DNA from: a virus
Lineage: Duplodnaviria; Heunggongvirae; Uroviricota; Caudoviricetes
Virus record (IMG/VR): IMGVR_UViG_3300011584_000016
Span: 1 to 32,869 of that record
Length of the DNA stretch: 32,869 bases
Direction: 5' to 3' (one strand)
Positions within the stretch are counted from its first letter, which is position 1; each line of letters starts with the position of its first letter. The translations under genes were made by a program, and so were the position numbers. This document shows positions 16,677 to 25,392 of the stretch, one piece after another. The notes under the pieces were generated by a model. That model saw only the letters and a list, made by a program, of their open reading frames with translations. It was not told the DNA's origin and did not search any database.

Positions 16677-17128
16677 TGTTTTCCGGCAAAACGGCGAACT
16701 ACCAGGACCGCGTGATCAAAAACGTAGAGTTCTGGCCGGATATTAACGCCGGGGAATTTGAGGAACGCCGCCAGATCCCCGCCAGTATCGCTAATGCGAC
16801 GGTTGTCGCGGCGCTACTGGCGGCAATTGACAGCGTAAACCGTGATCTGGACACCTGGGCCGATATTCAATGCGGCAAGGGGTATTCCTCTGCGGCAGAT
16901 GTTCCGGGGCCGTCGTGTGAAGGGGCTAACGCGCTGACTGAGTCTTACAAAAAGGCTGTTTTTGCCAGGGCGAAAGCCGATTTAATGCCGGAATTTGCCA
17001 CCGTGGGACGTCGTGAAACGCACCCCGGCGCGGAATCGCAGGAAACGGCGGACGGCTTACGCGGTGAAGCTGCGCAGGTTATCCGCCAGATTATGGGCTA
17101 TGCCCGCGCCACGGTGAGGCTGTTATGA
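16676..17128 (+). CDS. L: Head completion/stabilisation protein (P2 gpL-like)
   Basis: 150-aa ORF following M with ATGA-type overlaps on both sides. Confidence 0.7.
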   Translation: MFSGKTANYQDRVIKNVEFWPDINAGEFEERRQIPASIANATVVAALLAAIDSVNRDLDTWADIQCGKGYSSAADVPGPSCEGANALTESYKKAVFARAKADLMPEFATVGRRETHPGAESQETADGLRGEAAQVIRQIMGYARATVRLL

Positions 17129-17604
17129 CGCCGACACGCACGCAGCTTAATGCGTTGACTGAATATCTGATCGGCAAGTTGCCGCCGAAGGTGTCCGCCT
17201 GCCTTGATTCATGGATGGAAAACGCGTCGCTGATTTATGCCCCGCGCGATATGGGGCTGTATAGCGAAATGGCGCAATTGCAGTTTGACGCGGTGCTGTC
17301 ATTTGAAAATTACCCGTTTCGTGTTTACCCGCCTGCGCTGCTGTTCTGCCTGATTACTGGCTGGCTGGCAGATTGTGACACGCGACGGGATGAACTGGAG
17401 TTGCCCGATCCGTCATTGGTGATCGCTGAGTCGGCGGAGGAAATCGCCGACGTGGAAATCACGATTAAATTCAGTTGCCCGCTGTGTGTTCGCGAAGACG
17501 CGCAGGGGGCTATTGAGTGGGACGGCAGGCGCTGGTCATTGTCTGAGCCGGAGATCTGGACGGCAGAACATTACGATCTGTCTGTTGGGGTGGCCGGTGA
17601 TTAG
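17125..17604 (+). CDS. Putative tail completion protein (P2 gpR-like)
   Basis: 159-aa ORF coupled between L and the S-like gene; call by position. Confidence 0.45.
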   Translation: MTPTRTQLNALTEYLIGKLPPKVSACLDSWMENASLIYAPRDMGLYSEMAQLQFDAVLSFENYPFRVYPPALLFCLITGWLADCDTRRDELELPDPSLVIAESAEEIADVEITIKFSCPLCVREDAQGAIEWDGRRWSLSEPEIWTAEHYDLSVGVAGD

Positions 17605-18229
17605 AACCGACCTGCGCGGCCAGCGTGAGGCGCTAATCAGGCTTTCGGCGCTGGAACTGCCACCGGCAAAGCGGCGGCAGGTTTTGCAGAATGCCGCCAG
17701 GCGGATTAAGCGGGAAGCGCAGCAGAACGCCAGGGCGCAGCGGACACCGGACGGGCGCGGATGGGAAAAGCGCCAGCGCGGCAGTAAAAAAATGATGCGT
17801 CGCATTCCTGCGCTAATGAGCATTACGCCGACTTCTGATGATGTGAAGTTGCACTGGAAAAACCCCGTTCATAGCGATATGGCAGCGCGCCATCACTACG
17901 GTAAGCCGGAACATGTGACGGCTGCGCAGCTCAAGCGCCAGCGCGGTCAGCCTGCATATGATGCGCCGGTCACGAGGGGGCAGGCGGTCAAGTTGCGGCA
18001 GCTGGGTTACACGGTTAAGCAAGGCAAAAAGAAGAAAACGCCGTCAGTTAAATGGATTACGCAAAACGTTAAGCAAGGGCAGGCCGGATTAATAATCCGC
18101 GTTTTGAAACAAGAGGCAGCAAAAACGGAATGGGAAGTACCGGCCCACCCCCGCCCCTGGCTGGATACCCGCTCAAAACATAACGCGCGAATATTAGCGC
18201 AGGAATTAAAAAAGGTGAGGAAAAAATGA
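17597..18229 (+). CDS. Putative virion morphogenesis / tail completion protein (P2 gpS / Mu G-like)
   Basis: Likely GTG start at 17597 (GGGGTGG upstream) overlapping the previous stop; basic C-terminal half. Confidence 0.5.
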   Translation: MIRTDLRGQREALIRLSALELPPAKRRQVLQNAARRIKREAQQNARAQRTPDGRGWEKRQRGSKKMMRRIPALMSITPTSDDVKLHWKNPVHSDMAARHHYGKPEHVTAAQLKRQRGQPAYDAPVTRGQAVKLRQLGYTVKQGKKKKTPSVKWITQNVKQGQAGLIIRVLKQEAAKTEWEVPAHPRPWLDTRSKHNARILAQELKKVRKK

Positions 18230-19371
18230 CATTTCCACAAGTCCAGGTTAATCAAATTGATTTAGCGCAAAGCGCAACAAATGAAATTGAACGGCGTTTA
18301 TTATTTATCGGGTTCACTCCCCTTGAATTTACGCCGGGTTTTTATTCTATCAATTCGCAAACAGATTTAGATAAAATAGCTGATACCAGTAGTGATTACG
18401 GACGATCGCTTTTGGCTGCTAAATTAAACGCAGGTCAGAATTGGAGTGCGGCAGTTTATTTTATGGATTCCAATGAAAAATGGCAGGATGCGGTTCGAAA
18501 ATGTCAGGCATACGGTAGTTTTGAGGGGATTGTATTATTAGAGGATTTCGCTGGGTGGAATGAAGAGGAGTCCGGATTTTCGCTAACCAAAGGGGCAGGA
18601 GAAGCCGCCGCGATACGACAAGAATTGATCGCGACGTACGGGCGCTGGACGTGGTTTATTTTACCAGTTAAAGGTCCGCAGGATGCCGATATGACGTGGC
18701 AACAATATTCCGCTGCTTTAACGCAATGGCAAACGGGGTTAGTTGCTGATGGCGTTATGCTGGTTCCGCGTCTTTATGAGAATTTGCCAGGTGTAATTGC
18801 TGGACGTTTATGTAATCGACTGGTGACAATCGCAGATACTCCCGCGCGCGTTTTAACTGGATCGCTCGTGTATGTTGGCAACGCAACTAAAGATAAAAAC
18901 GGCGAGACGGTAACCGCGGATATTGTGCAGGCGCTGGACGCTGCTCGTTATTCCGTTCCGGTCACGTATGCAGATTTTGAGGGTATTTACTGGAACGATG
19001 GTCCGTTATTAGCGGCAAAGGGTAGCGACTATCAATCGATCCGTATTTTGCGAATTGTTGATAAAGTGGCGCGCCAGGTGCGTTTACTTGCTATTCGTAA
19101 TATTGGTAACCGTTCGTTAAATTCCACGCCCGCGAGCATGGAATATAACAAAATGGTTTTTGCGAAACCACTTCGCACAATGGCAAAAAGCAGCACTATT
19201 AATGGCGTTTCGTTCCCTGGGGAAGTTTATTCACCAAAAGAAGGCGACGTCGTCATTACGTGGATTGATTCCACGCACGTAAATATTTGCGTACAGGTGC
19301 GTCCGACAGAATGCCCGCTGGTTATTGTGGTTAATGTCATGGTCGATCTGTCTGTACAGAATGAGGTGTAA
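18226..19371 (+). CDS. Putative tail sheath-like protein
   Basis: 381-aa ORF immediately followed by a 153-aa tube-sized ORF. Confidence 0.5.
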   Translation: MTFPQVQVNQIDLAQSATNEIERRLLFIGFTPLEFTPGFYSINSQTDLDKIADTSSDYGRSLLAAKLNAGQNWSAAVYFMDSNEKWQDAVRKCQAYGSFEGIVLLEDFAGWNEEESGFSLTKGAGEAAAIRQELIATYGRWTWFILPVKGPQDADMTWQQYSAALTQWQTGLVADGVMLVPRLYENLPGVIAGRLCNRLVTIADTPARVLTGSLVYVGNATKDKNGETVTADIVQALDAARYSVPVTYADFEGIYWNDGPLLAAKGSDYQSIRILRIVDKVARQVRLLAIRNIGNRSLNSTPASMEYNKMVFAKPLRTMAKSSTINGVSFPGEVYSPKEGDVVITWIDSTHVNICVQVRPTECPLVIVVNVMVDLSVQNEV

Positions 19372-19373
19372 TT

Positions 19374-19835
19374 ATGAGCGGTTCAAAACGTATTTCTGGG
19401 ATGGCGTTTGATATTACGCTATTCAGCACAACAATTCATGTGAATAAAGTCACGCTGACTATTACGGATAACTCCGAAGTGGCGAAAACGCGCGGCATTC
19501 CCGACGGATACACGGACGGCGACGTAAGCGCCGAAGGTGATCTTGAACTGGATACTAAGAATTTTACGCGCTTTCATGATGCGGCAGCGGCGGCGGGAAG
19601 TTATCGCGGCATTGAACCGGAGGATATTTTATTTTACGCAAAGGCGGGCGACGAAAAAATTAAAGTGGAGGCGTTCGGCTGTAAATTTTTGCTGGACAGT
19701 CTTCTGGATATTGATACCGCTGGCAGTGATAAGTCTGTATATAAAGTAAAATATAAAGTTACTGCCCCGGAATTTATTAAGATAAACGGAATTCCTTATT
19801 TGTCCGCCGATGATGTCCGCGATCTGATCGGGTAA
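19374..19835 (+). CDS. Putative tail tube protein
   Basis: 153-aa ORF right after the sheath-like gene. Confidence 0.45.
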   Translation: MSGSKRISGMAFDITLFSTTIHVNKVTLTITDNSEVAKTRGIPDGYTDGDVSAEGDLELDTKNFTRFHDAAAAAGSYRGIEPEDILFYAKAGDEKIKVEAFGCKFLLDSLLDIDTAGSDKSVYKVKYKVTAPEFIKINGIPYLSADDVRDLIG

Positions 19836-19838
19836 TTT

Positions 19839-20141
19839 ATGCTAACGCCTCATGAAAAGGTCATGGTTACCCTGGCGGGCATCGGCGGATTAATCGGTCT
19901 GGCTAAAGTGCTGGAATCAACAGAACCGCTGACAACCAGGCTAATTATTGGCCGTGTGATACTGGGGTCCGCAGTCTCAATGTGCGCCGGGGCCGCATTA
20001 ATTCAGTTCCCCGACATGCCGCCAATTGCTATTAACGGCGTTGGCGCGGCACTGGGGATTGTGGGGTATCAGGCAGTTGAATTATGGCTGCGTAAACGTG
20101 CGCGTTTAAATTCAAAGAGTAAACAAAATGACACTGAGTGA
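19839..20141 (+). CDS. Putative holin (three predicted TM segments)
   Basis: 100 aa with three hydrophobic stretches and a charged C-terminus RKRARLNSKSKQ; overlaps the endolysin gene start. Confidence 0.5.
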   Translation: MLTPHEKVMVTLAGIGGLIGLAKVLESTEPLTTRLIIGRVILGSAVSMCAGAALIQFPDMPPIAINGVGAALGIVGYQAVELWLRKRARLNSKSKQNDTE

Positions 20142-20466
20142 AAAACAGTCGTTATTTACAGTAATGATCGGTCAGTTAATTTTCTATGCTGATCAACACG
20201 GTTTGCGCCTGACGTTTGGTGAAGCGTATCGCACACCGGAACAAGCAGCGCTAAACGCAAAAACGGGGCGTGGAATTAAAAATAGTTTGCATACTCAACG
20301 GCTGGCTATTGATTTTAATTTATTCGTAAACGGCGAATATAAAACAGACACCCGCGATTATCTCGCGCTTGGGGAATACTGGGAATCGATCGGCGGAACG
20401 TGGGGCGGGCGATTCAGCAAACAAGACGGCAATCATTTTAGTCTTGAGCATAACGGCATCAAATAA
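20128..20466 (+). CDS. Endolysin, M15-type zinc peptidase (L-alanyl-D-glutamate peptidase-like)
   Basis: H-x6-D (HTQRLAID) and C-terminal His (FSLEHNG) match the M15 zinc-ligand arrangement; 112 aa. Confidence 0.7.
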   Translation: MTLSEKQSLFTVMIGQLIFYADQHGLRLTFGEAYRTPEQAALNAKTGRGIKNSLHTQRLAIDFNLFVNGEYKTDTRDYLALGEYWESIGGTWGGRFSKQDGNHFSLEHNGIK

Positions 20467-20495
20467 CATTAAACACTAATTAACAGGAAATAAAA

Positions 20496-20756
20496 ATGGA
20501 CGAAATTATCACTCTGACTATCGGCGGCGTGGATGTGGTCTTTGAACCAAATGAGGTTGCCTACAATTCATATATTAATGAAATGGCGATGGATAACAAA
20601 GTCGCCCCATCAATTGAATACGTTCGCGCTATTGTCGCGCGTGAAAGTAAAGATGCGCTGGCAACTATCCTGAAAAAACCAGGTGCGGCAATTCAGATCG
20701 CAGCGGCGGTAAATAAACAGTACGCGCCAGAACTGGATATTGTAGTAAAAAAATAA
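20496..20756 (+). CDS. Tail assembly chaperone (P2 gpE-like), short form
   Basis: 86-aa ORF upstream of the tape measure; AGGA RBS; ends in A-run slippery site. Confidence 0.6.
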   Translation: MDEIITLTIGGVDVVFEPNEVAYNSYINEMAMDNKVAPSIEYVRAIVARESKDALATILKKPGAAIQIAAAVNKQYAPELDIVVKK

Positions 20757-20935
20757 ATACCCGCGTTCAGGCTATAGATAATAACGGCTTAGAGCAAATG
20801 CTAACGTTACGCCGTTATTATCTGCCTGATGCTGACGACTCTGAACAATCGTTAGCGCGCGCGGTCTGGCTGGATAACCGTTATTGGGAAAATTTCAGCG
20901 TAAGCGTGGCGAATGGAATCGCAAAAATCTTTTAG
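20496..20935 (+). CDS. Tail assembly chaperone -1 frameshift fusion product (E+E'-like), slip at A_AAA_AAA 20747-20753
   Basis: The -1 frame from 20753 is open for 60 codons (INTRVQAIDN...GIAKIF) to TAG 20933-20935, ending 7 nt before the tape-measure ATG. Confidence 0.55.
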
Positions 20936-20942
20936 GTGAATT

Positions 20943-23354
20943 ATGTCCAGTGAATCGTTAACGTATGTTATATCGCTGATTGACCGCGCCAGCGCCCCGC
21001 TGCGCGGTATTCGTCAGCAAGTTGGCGCGCTGGGGCAAACAGCTAAAAACGGTGCGCAGCAGGTCGCAATGGGAACCGCCGCGATGTGGGCGGCGGGGCA
21101 GGCTATTAAAAGTGGGCTTGAACCTGCTATTGAAATGCGTCGCGCGCTGGCGTCGGTTGAGGCGCTGGAAGTAACCAAAGACGGATTAAAAAAATTACAA
21201 AATGCGGCGCTTGATTTCAGTATGCAATATGGAACCAGCGCAACAGAAATTGTCGGCGCGTCTTATGATATCCAGTCTGCTATTTCTGGACTATCCGCAG
21301 ATGAATTAACAGGATTTACTACAACGTCAGCATTAGTTGCAAAAGCAACGAAAGCCAACACGGCGACCATGACTAATTATATGGGGACCATGTACGGCAT
21401 TTTTAAACAGACTGCTGATGGAATGGGTAAAATTAAGTGGGCGGAAAAAATAGGCGGGCAAACGGCCTACGCTGCCAATTTATTTAAATCTGATGGTGAA
21501 TCAATGTCGCAGGCGTTTACCGCGCTGGGGGCGTCTGCGCAAACTGCGGGGCGCACCAGTGCGGAGCAGTTTGCAATATTGGGTCAATTGCAATCCACAA
21601 TGTCAGGTAGTGAAGCGGGAACGAAATACAAAGCATTTTTAGCCGGTGTCGGGAAAGCGCAAAAAACGCTGGGCATGAAATTTACTGATGCAACCGGACA
21701 AATGAAGTCAATGCCGGATATTCTGGACATGCTGCATAAACGGTTCGGAAATATCAGCAAAGTAGCGGATTCTGATTTACTAAAAAAAGCGTTTGGTACT
21801 GATGAAGCTGTATCGCTAATTAAACTGTTGATCAGCGACACTGACGGATTAAAACGCAGTATCAACGAAATTGACGCGATCAACGGGCTGGACGACGTTA
21901 AACGCGCCGCCGCAACAGTTGCTGATCCGTGGGAGCGAGCCGCCGCAGGTATTACAGCAGTTAAAATTTCGCTGGGTAGTGCACTATTACCGGTGTTAGA
22001 GCCAGTGTTATTGAAAATGGTGAAAATGTCTGACGAGCTGGTCACCTGGCTGAATAAATTCCGCAATATCGCACGTTGGATCGGTATTGTGACTGCGTCA
22101 GTTGTTGGCGCAACGGCTGCGGGTGCAGCGTTTTCCATTATGCTGGGTGGCCTTAAACTGGCGGGGGCGGGAATTAGATTGGCAGGGATATTCACGGGTA
22201 TTACTCCAATGTTTAAATTACTCTGGCGGGGCGTTACTGCTATTTTTAATTTTTCCGGCGCGCTGAAATATTTACGCGTGGCGTTATTTGGCGCACGTCT
22301 GTCGTTAATGTCGTTTGGTGGGACGTTAGCAGTTGTAACCGCGCCAGTATGGGGGATCGTCGCGTTAATCGCTCTGGCGATCGGTGCTGTGGTTGTTTTA
22401 GTGGTTCGTTTCTGGAATCCGATCAAGGCGTTTTTCAGCGGTTTTGCCACTGGTTTCATGCAGGCCGCGCAAAAATCTTCCGTTCTGCAATCTGTTATAG
22501 CGGCGTTGGGGCCGGTGTTTTCTGCTGTTTGCTCTGTAGTTAGTTGGTTGTGGACTGGAATTAAGGATCTGTGTGGCTGGTTCGGGCAGTTGCTGACACC
22601 GATTCAATATACAGAAAGTGAATTAGCGTCGTTTTCTGATGCTGGCAGCACTGCGGGAAATATTGTTGCTGCTGCGTTCGATATTATTTTATACCCCATC
22701 AACTTGATTATTACGGCGGTGAGCGGATTAATTAAAATATGGCCTGATGTGGTCGCGGGCTGGAATATTGTTACCGCAGCGTTCTCGGCTTTTTCATTCG
22801 CTGATACGTTTAAATCAGGTGTTGAATCAATCGGTAATTTATTTTCGAATTTGTGGGAATCAATCAAACAACAATTTTACGGCGTTTTTAACAGCATTGT
22901 TGAACAGCTCAATAAATTACCGGGCGTCGAAATTGAGTTGATGGGGTCGGTGAATACTGCGGCAGGCGTTGCGGGAATCGCATCGCAACAGCCGGGAGGG
23001 ATTGCCCCCGGTGATATTCCCGGAGTATTAGCAATACCGGGTGTTGCGCCTATCCCCGGTGTCGCGCCCGTAGCCGCCCCGGTTCCGGCTGCTGCGGCGG
23101 CTGTTCATGCTGGCGTGTTAACTGTACCGGGTATTGCGCCACTTTCCGCACCTGTTGCTACTCCTGCGCCGGTCGCCGCAGCTCCGCTAACTGGCGGGAA
23201 ATTAAATCCGGGCGTTGTTGGGTCCGGGAATAAAACAACGAAAATAACCAGCAATATCAATAATAGCCGGACTGTGGGAGCCGTTAACGTCTACGTACAG
23301 CAAGCGCAGGACGCGCAGCAAATATCAGAACTTGCAGAAATGGCGGCAGCATGA
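20943..23354 (+). CDS. Tail tape measure protein
   Basis: 803 aa; central hydrophobic segments; C-terminal Pro/Ala/Val-rich low-complexity region; follows the chaperone frameshift pair. Confidence 0.85.
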   Translation: MSSESLTYVISLIDRASAPLRGIRQQVGALGQTAKNGAQQVAMGTAAMWAAGQAIKSGLEPAIEMRRALASVEALEVTKDGLKKLQNAALDFSMQYGTSATEIVGASYDIQSAISGLSADELTGFTTTSALVAKATKANTATMTNYMGTMYGIFKQTADGMGKIKWAEKIGGQTAYAANLFKSDGESMSQAFTALGASAQTAGRTSAEQFAILGQLQSTMSGSEAGTKYKAFLAGVGKAQKTLGMKFTDATGQMKSMPDILDMLHKRFGNISKVADSDLLKKAFGTDEAVSLIKLLISDTDGLKRSINEIDAINGLDDVKRAAATVADPWERAAAGITAVKISLGSALLPVLEPVLLKMVKMSDELVTWLNKFRNIARWIGIVTASVVGATAAGAAFSIMLGGLKLAGAGIRLAGIFTGITPMFKLLWRGVTAIFNFSGALKYLRVALFGARLSLMSFGGTLAVVTAPVWGIVALIALAIGAVVVLVVRFWNPIKAFFSGFATGFMQAAQKSSVLQSVIAALGPVFSAVCSVVSWLWTGIKDLCGWFGQLLTPIQYTESELASFSDAGSTAGNIVAAAFDIILYPINLIITAVSGLIKIWPDVVAGWNIVTAAFSAFSFADTFKSGVESIGNLFSNLWESIKQQFYGVFNSIVEQLNKLPGVEIELMGSVNTAAGVAGIASQQPGGIAPGDIPGVLAIPGVAPIPGVAPVAAPVPAAAAAVHAGVLTVPGIAPLSAPVATPAPVAAAPLTGGKLNPGVVGSGNKTTKITSNINNSRTVGAVNVYVQQAQDAQQISELAEMAAA

Positions 23355-23686
23355 CGGACAAAATATATATTGATTTGCGAATTATCGACGGTGATTTTTT
23401 ATTAAATACAGGACGTGAGCCGACGTTATGCGATAACCGCGTCAGTATTGGACAGGATATCAAACACGCAATTATTGAGAGTAATTACGCAACGCAGTTA
23501 ATCGGCCAGCGATCCGCTGTGTTGCGCAATGACGTCTATCTGAAAATTATTTTAATGATTGAAACGGATATTCGCCTGATCCCTGGAACCGTACGTGTAT
23601 ACGAAGAGGGCGCAGGGCGTTTTATTGTCACTGCTGAAACGTATGAATTTGGGCTAATTGATCCGATCGAGGTGGTTTATGAGTGA
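23351..23686 (+). CDS. Putative baseplate protein (gpW/gp25-like size and position)
   Basis: 111-aa ORF overlapping the tape-measure stop and preceding the J-like gene. Confidence 0.45.
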   Translation: MTDKIYIDLRIIDGDFLLNTGREPTLCDNRVSIGQDIKHAIIESNYATQLIGQRSAVLRNDVYLKIILMIETDIRLIPGTVRVYEEGAGRFIVTAETYEFGLIDPIEVVYE

Positions 23687-24863
23687 CGCGCCGAAACCAG
23701 ATTACCGCGCGCTATTGAATGACGCAGGTTTGCCGGGGACTGAAAAAGAGATTCAGGCGAAATTCCAGACCATTGCTGACGACGAAGGCCTGATCACAAA
23801 CACATCAACAATGTCACCATTCTGGCGACTGATCAAAGCGATCGTCACGCGCCCGGTGTTGTGGCTGCGCGATGTGCTGGCCGACGTTGTGCTAACTAAC
23901 TTGTTTGTTGCAACAGCGGGCGGAACCTGGCTGGATTTGCTGGCGTGGGCTGTTCGTCTGGAGCGCAAAGAAGCGACGCCAGCGCACGGCGCGGTAACGT
24001 TTATTAAAAACAGCGCGGCGGATACCGTCACGATCCCTGCCGGAACGATTGTTCAGACTGAACGTGTTAACGGCGAGGTTTATCGCCTGATTGTTGACAA
24101 AACAACGATTATTCCGGCTGGTATTGAGCGGTTATCGCTCGCGTGTACCGCTGAAACAGCGGGCAGCGCGTGGAATCTCGCCCCGGGTTATTACCACGTT
24201 TTACCGGTCGCCGTCGCGGGCGTTATTGAGGTCACAACAAATGACGACTGGCTGACAATGCCGGGCGCGGATCGTGAATCTGATGATGAATTCCGCCCAC
24301 GGATACGCAATCAATTTAACGTTGTGGGCAATTACCACATTGACGCCGTTTACCGGTCCGCCGTCGCCAGCGTGGCGGGGCTGAGTACCGACCGCATATT
24401 TTTCTTACATGACGCCCCGCGCGGCCCAGGTACGGCCAACGCTTATTTATTACTTGATGCGGGCGTCGTTAGCGATCCGTTTATCACCGCAGTGAATAAC
24501 TACGTAATGGGGCAGGGAAACCACGGACACGGCGACGATATGCAGTGTTTCCCGATGCCGGAGACATTTCACGATCTGATTGTCACGTTACACGCACCGG
24601 ATAACGCGATGCTGACTGACGCGGAACGCGCTGATCTGCCCGCAGCCGTTGAAAACATAATTCGCTGTGCGTTCCGTGAAAACTCCGCATATCAGGTAAC
24701 GAAAACGTGGCCCTGGTCGCGGTTTGGGTTTTCAAAACTGGGGGAGGAAATTCACGAACTATTTCCAGCGCTGTCGTCTGTTGAATTTTCGCTGGGCGAT
24801 ATCGTCAGTGAATTGAGTATTCCGCGTTTACGTTCGCTATCAGTGAAGTGGGGCGGCGCATGA
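23679..24863 (+). CDS. Baseplate J-like protein
   Basis: About 395 aa from ATG 23679 (GAGGTG RBS), in the expected position before the I-like and fibre genes. Confidence 0.7.
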   Translation: MSDAPKPDYRALLNDAGLPGTEKEIQAKFQTIADDEGLITNTSTMSPFWRLIKAIVTRPVLWLRDVLADVVLTNLFVATAGGTWLDLLAWAVRLERKEATPAHGAVTFIKNSAADTVTIPAGTIVQTERVNGEVYRLIVDKTTIIPAGIERLSLACTAETAGSAWNLAPGYYHVLPVAVAGVIEVTTNDDWLTMPGADRESDDEFRPRIRNQFNVVGNYHIDAVYRSAVASVAGLSTDRIFFLHDAPRGPGTANAYLLLDAGVVSDPFITAVNNYVMGQGNHGHGDDMQCFPMPETFHDLIVTLHAPDNAMLTDAERADLPAAVENIIRCAFRENSAYQVTKTWPWSRFGFSKLGEEIHELFPALSSVEFSLGDIVSELSIPRLRSLSVKWGGA

Positions 24864-25390
24864 ACATTAAATTGCCATGCTGGATGAATCGCGGTGAACC
24901 GCAAAAATTGGCCGCGGTGTGTAAAAAATTTTGGTTGTGGCTTGATAGCTGGCTGCGCTGGCCGCTGCAACAATTCGACGCGCTGAACTGTAACGAAACG
25001 ATCCTGTATTTGCTGGCGTGGCAGCGTGATGTAACGCGCCTGACTGGCGAACCGCTGGAACTGTTCCGCCGTCGCGTAAATTTTGCGTTTATCAACGCGC
25101 AGGACGCAGGCAGCACTGCCGGTTTTCTGCGGATATTTGAGCGGCTGGGGATCGGGTTTGTTGGTATTAACGAGCGTGTAGAGGGTATCGACTGGGACGT
25201 AATTTTATTAGATCTGACAGATAAACAGATATCTGAAAACGGCGATCTGTTGCGTGAAATAGTCAGGCAATACGGATGTACGTGTCGCCGTTACAGATTT
25301 CAGTCTGTTACGTCAACGCCGATCAATTTACGGGCAGGCAGTGTTCAAAATGATTACGTGTGTAACACCGCGTCATTAATCAGGGAATAA
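24860..25390 (+). CDS. Tail protein I-like (baseplate)
   Basis: About 176 aa from ATG 24860 (ATGA overlap with J stop), directly before the fibre gene. Confidence 0.55.
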   Translation: MNIKLPCWMNRGEPQKLAAVCKKFWLWLDSWLRWPLQQFDALNCNETILYLLAWQRDVTRLTGEPLELFRRRVNFAFINAQDAGSTAGFLRIFERLGIGFVGINERVEGIDWDVILLDLTDKQISENGDLLREIVRQYGCTCRRYRFQSVTSTPINLRAGSVQNDYVCNTASLIRE

Positions 25391-25392
25391 AA

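Noticed and set aside
21584-22459. 291-aa minus-strand ORF inside the tape measure gene
   Set aside because: Antisense to the tape measure with low-complexity composition; no independent expression signals.
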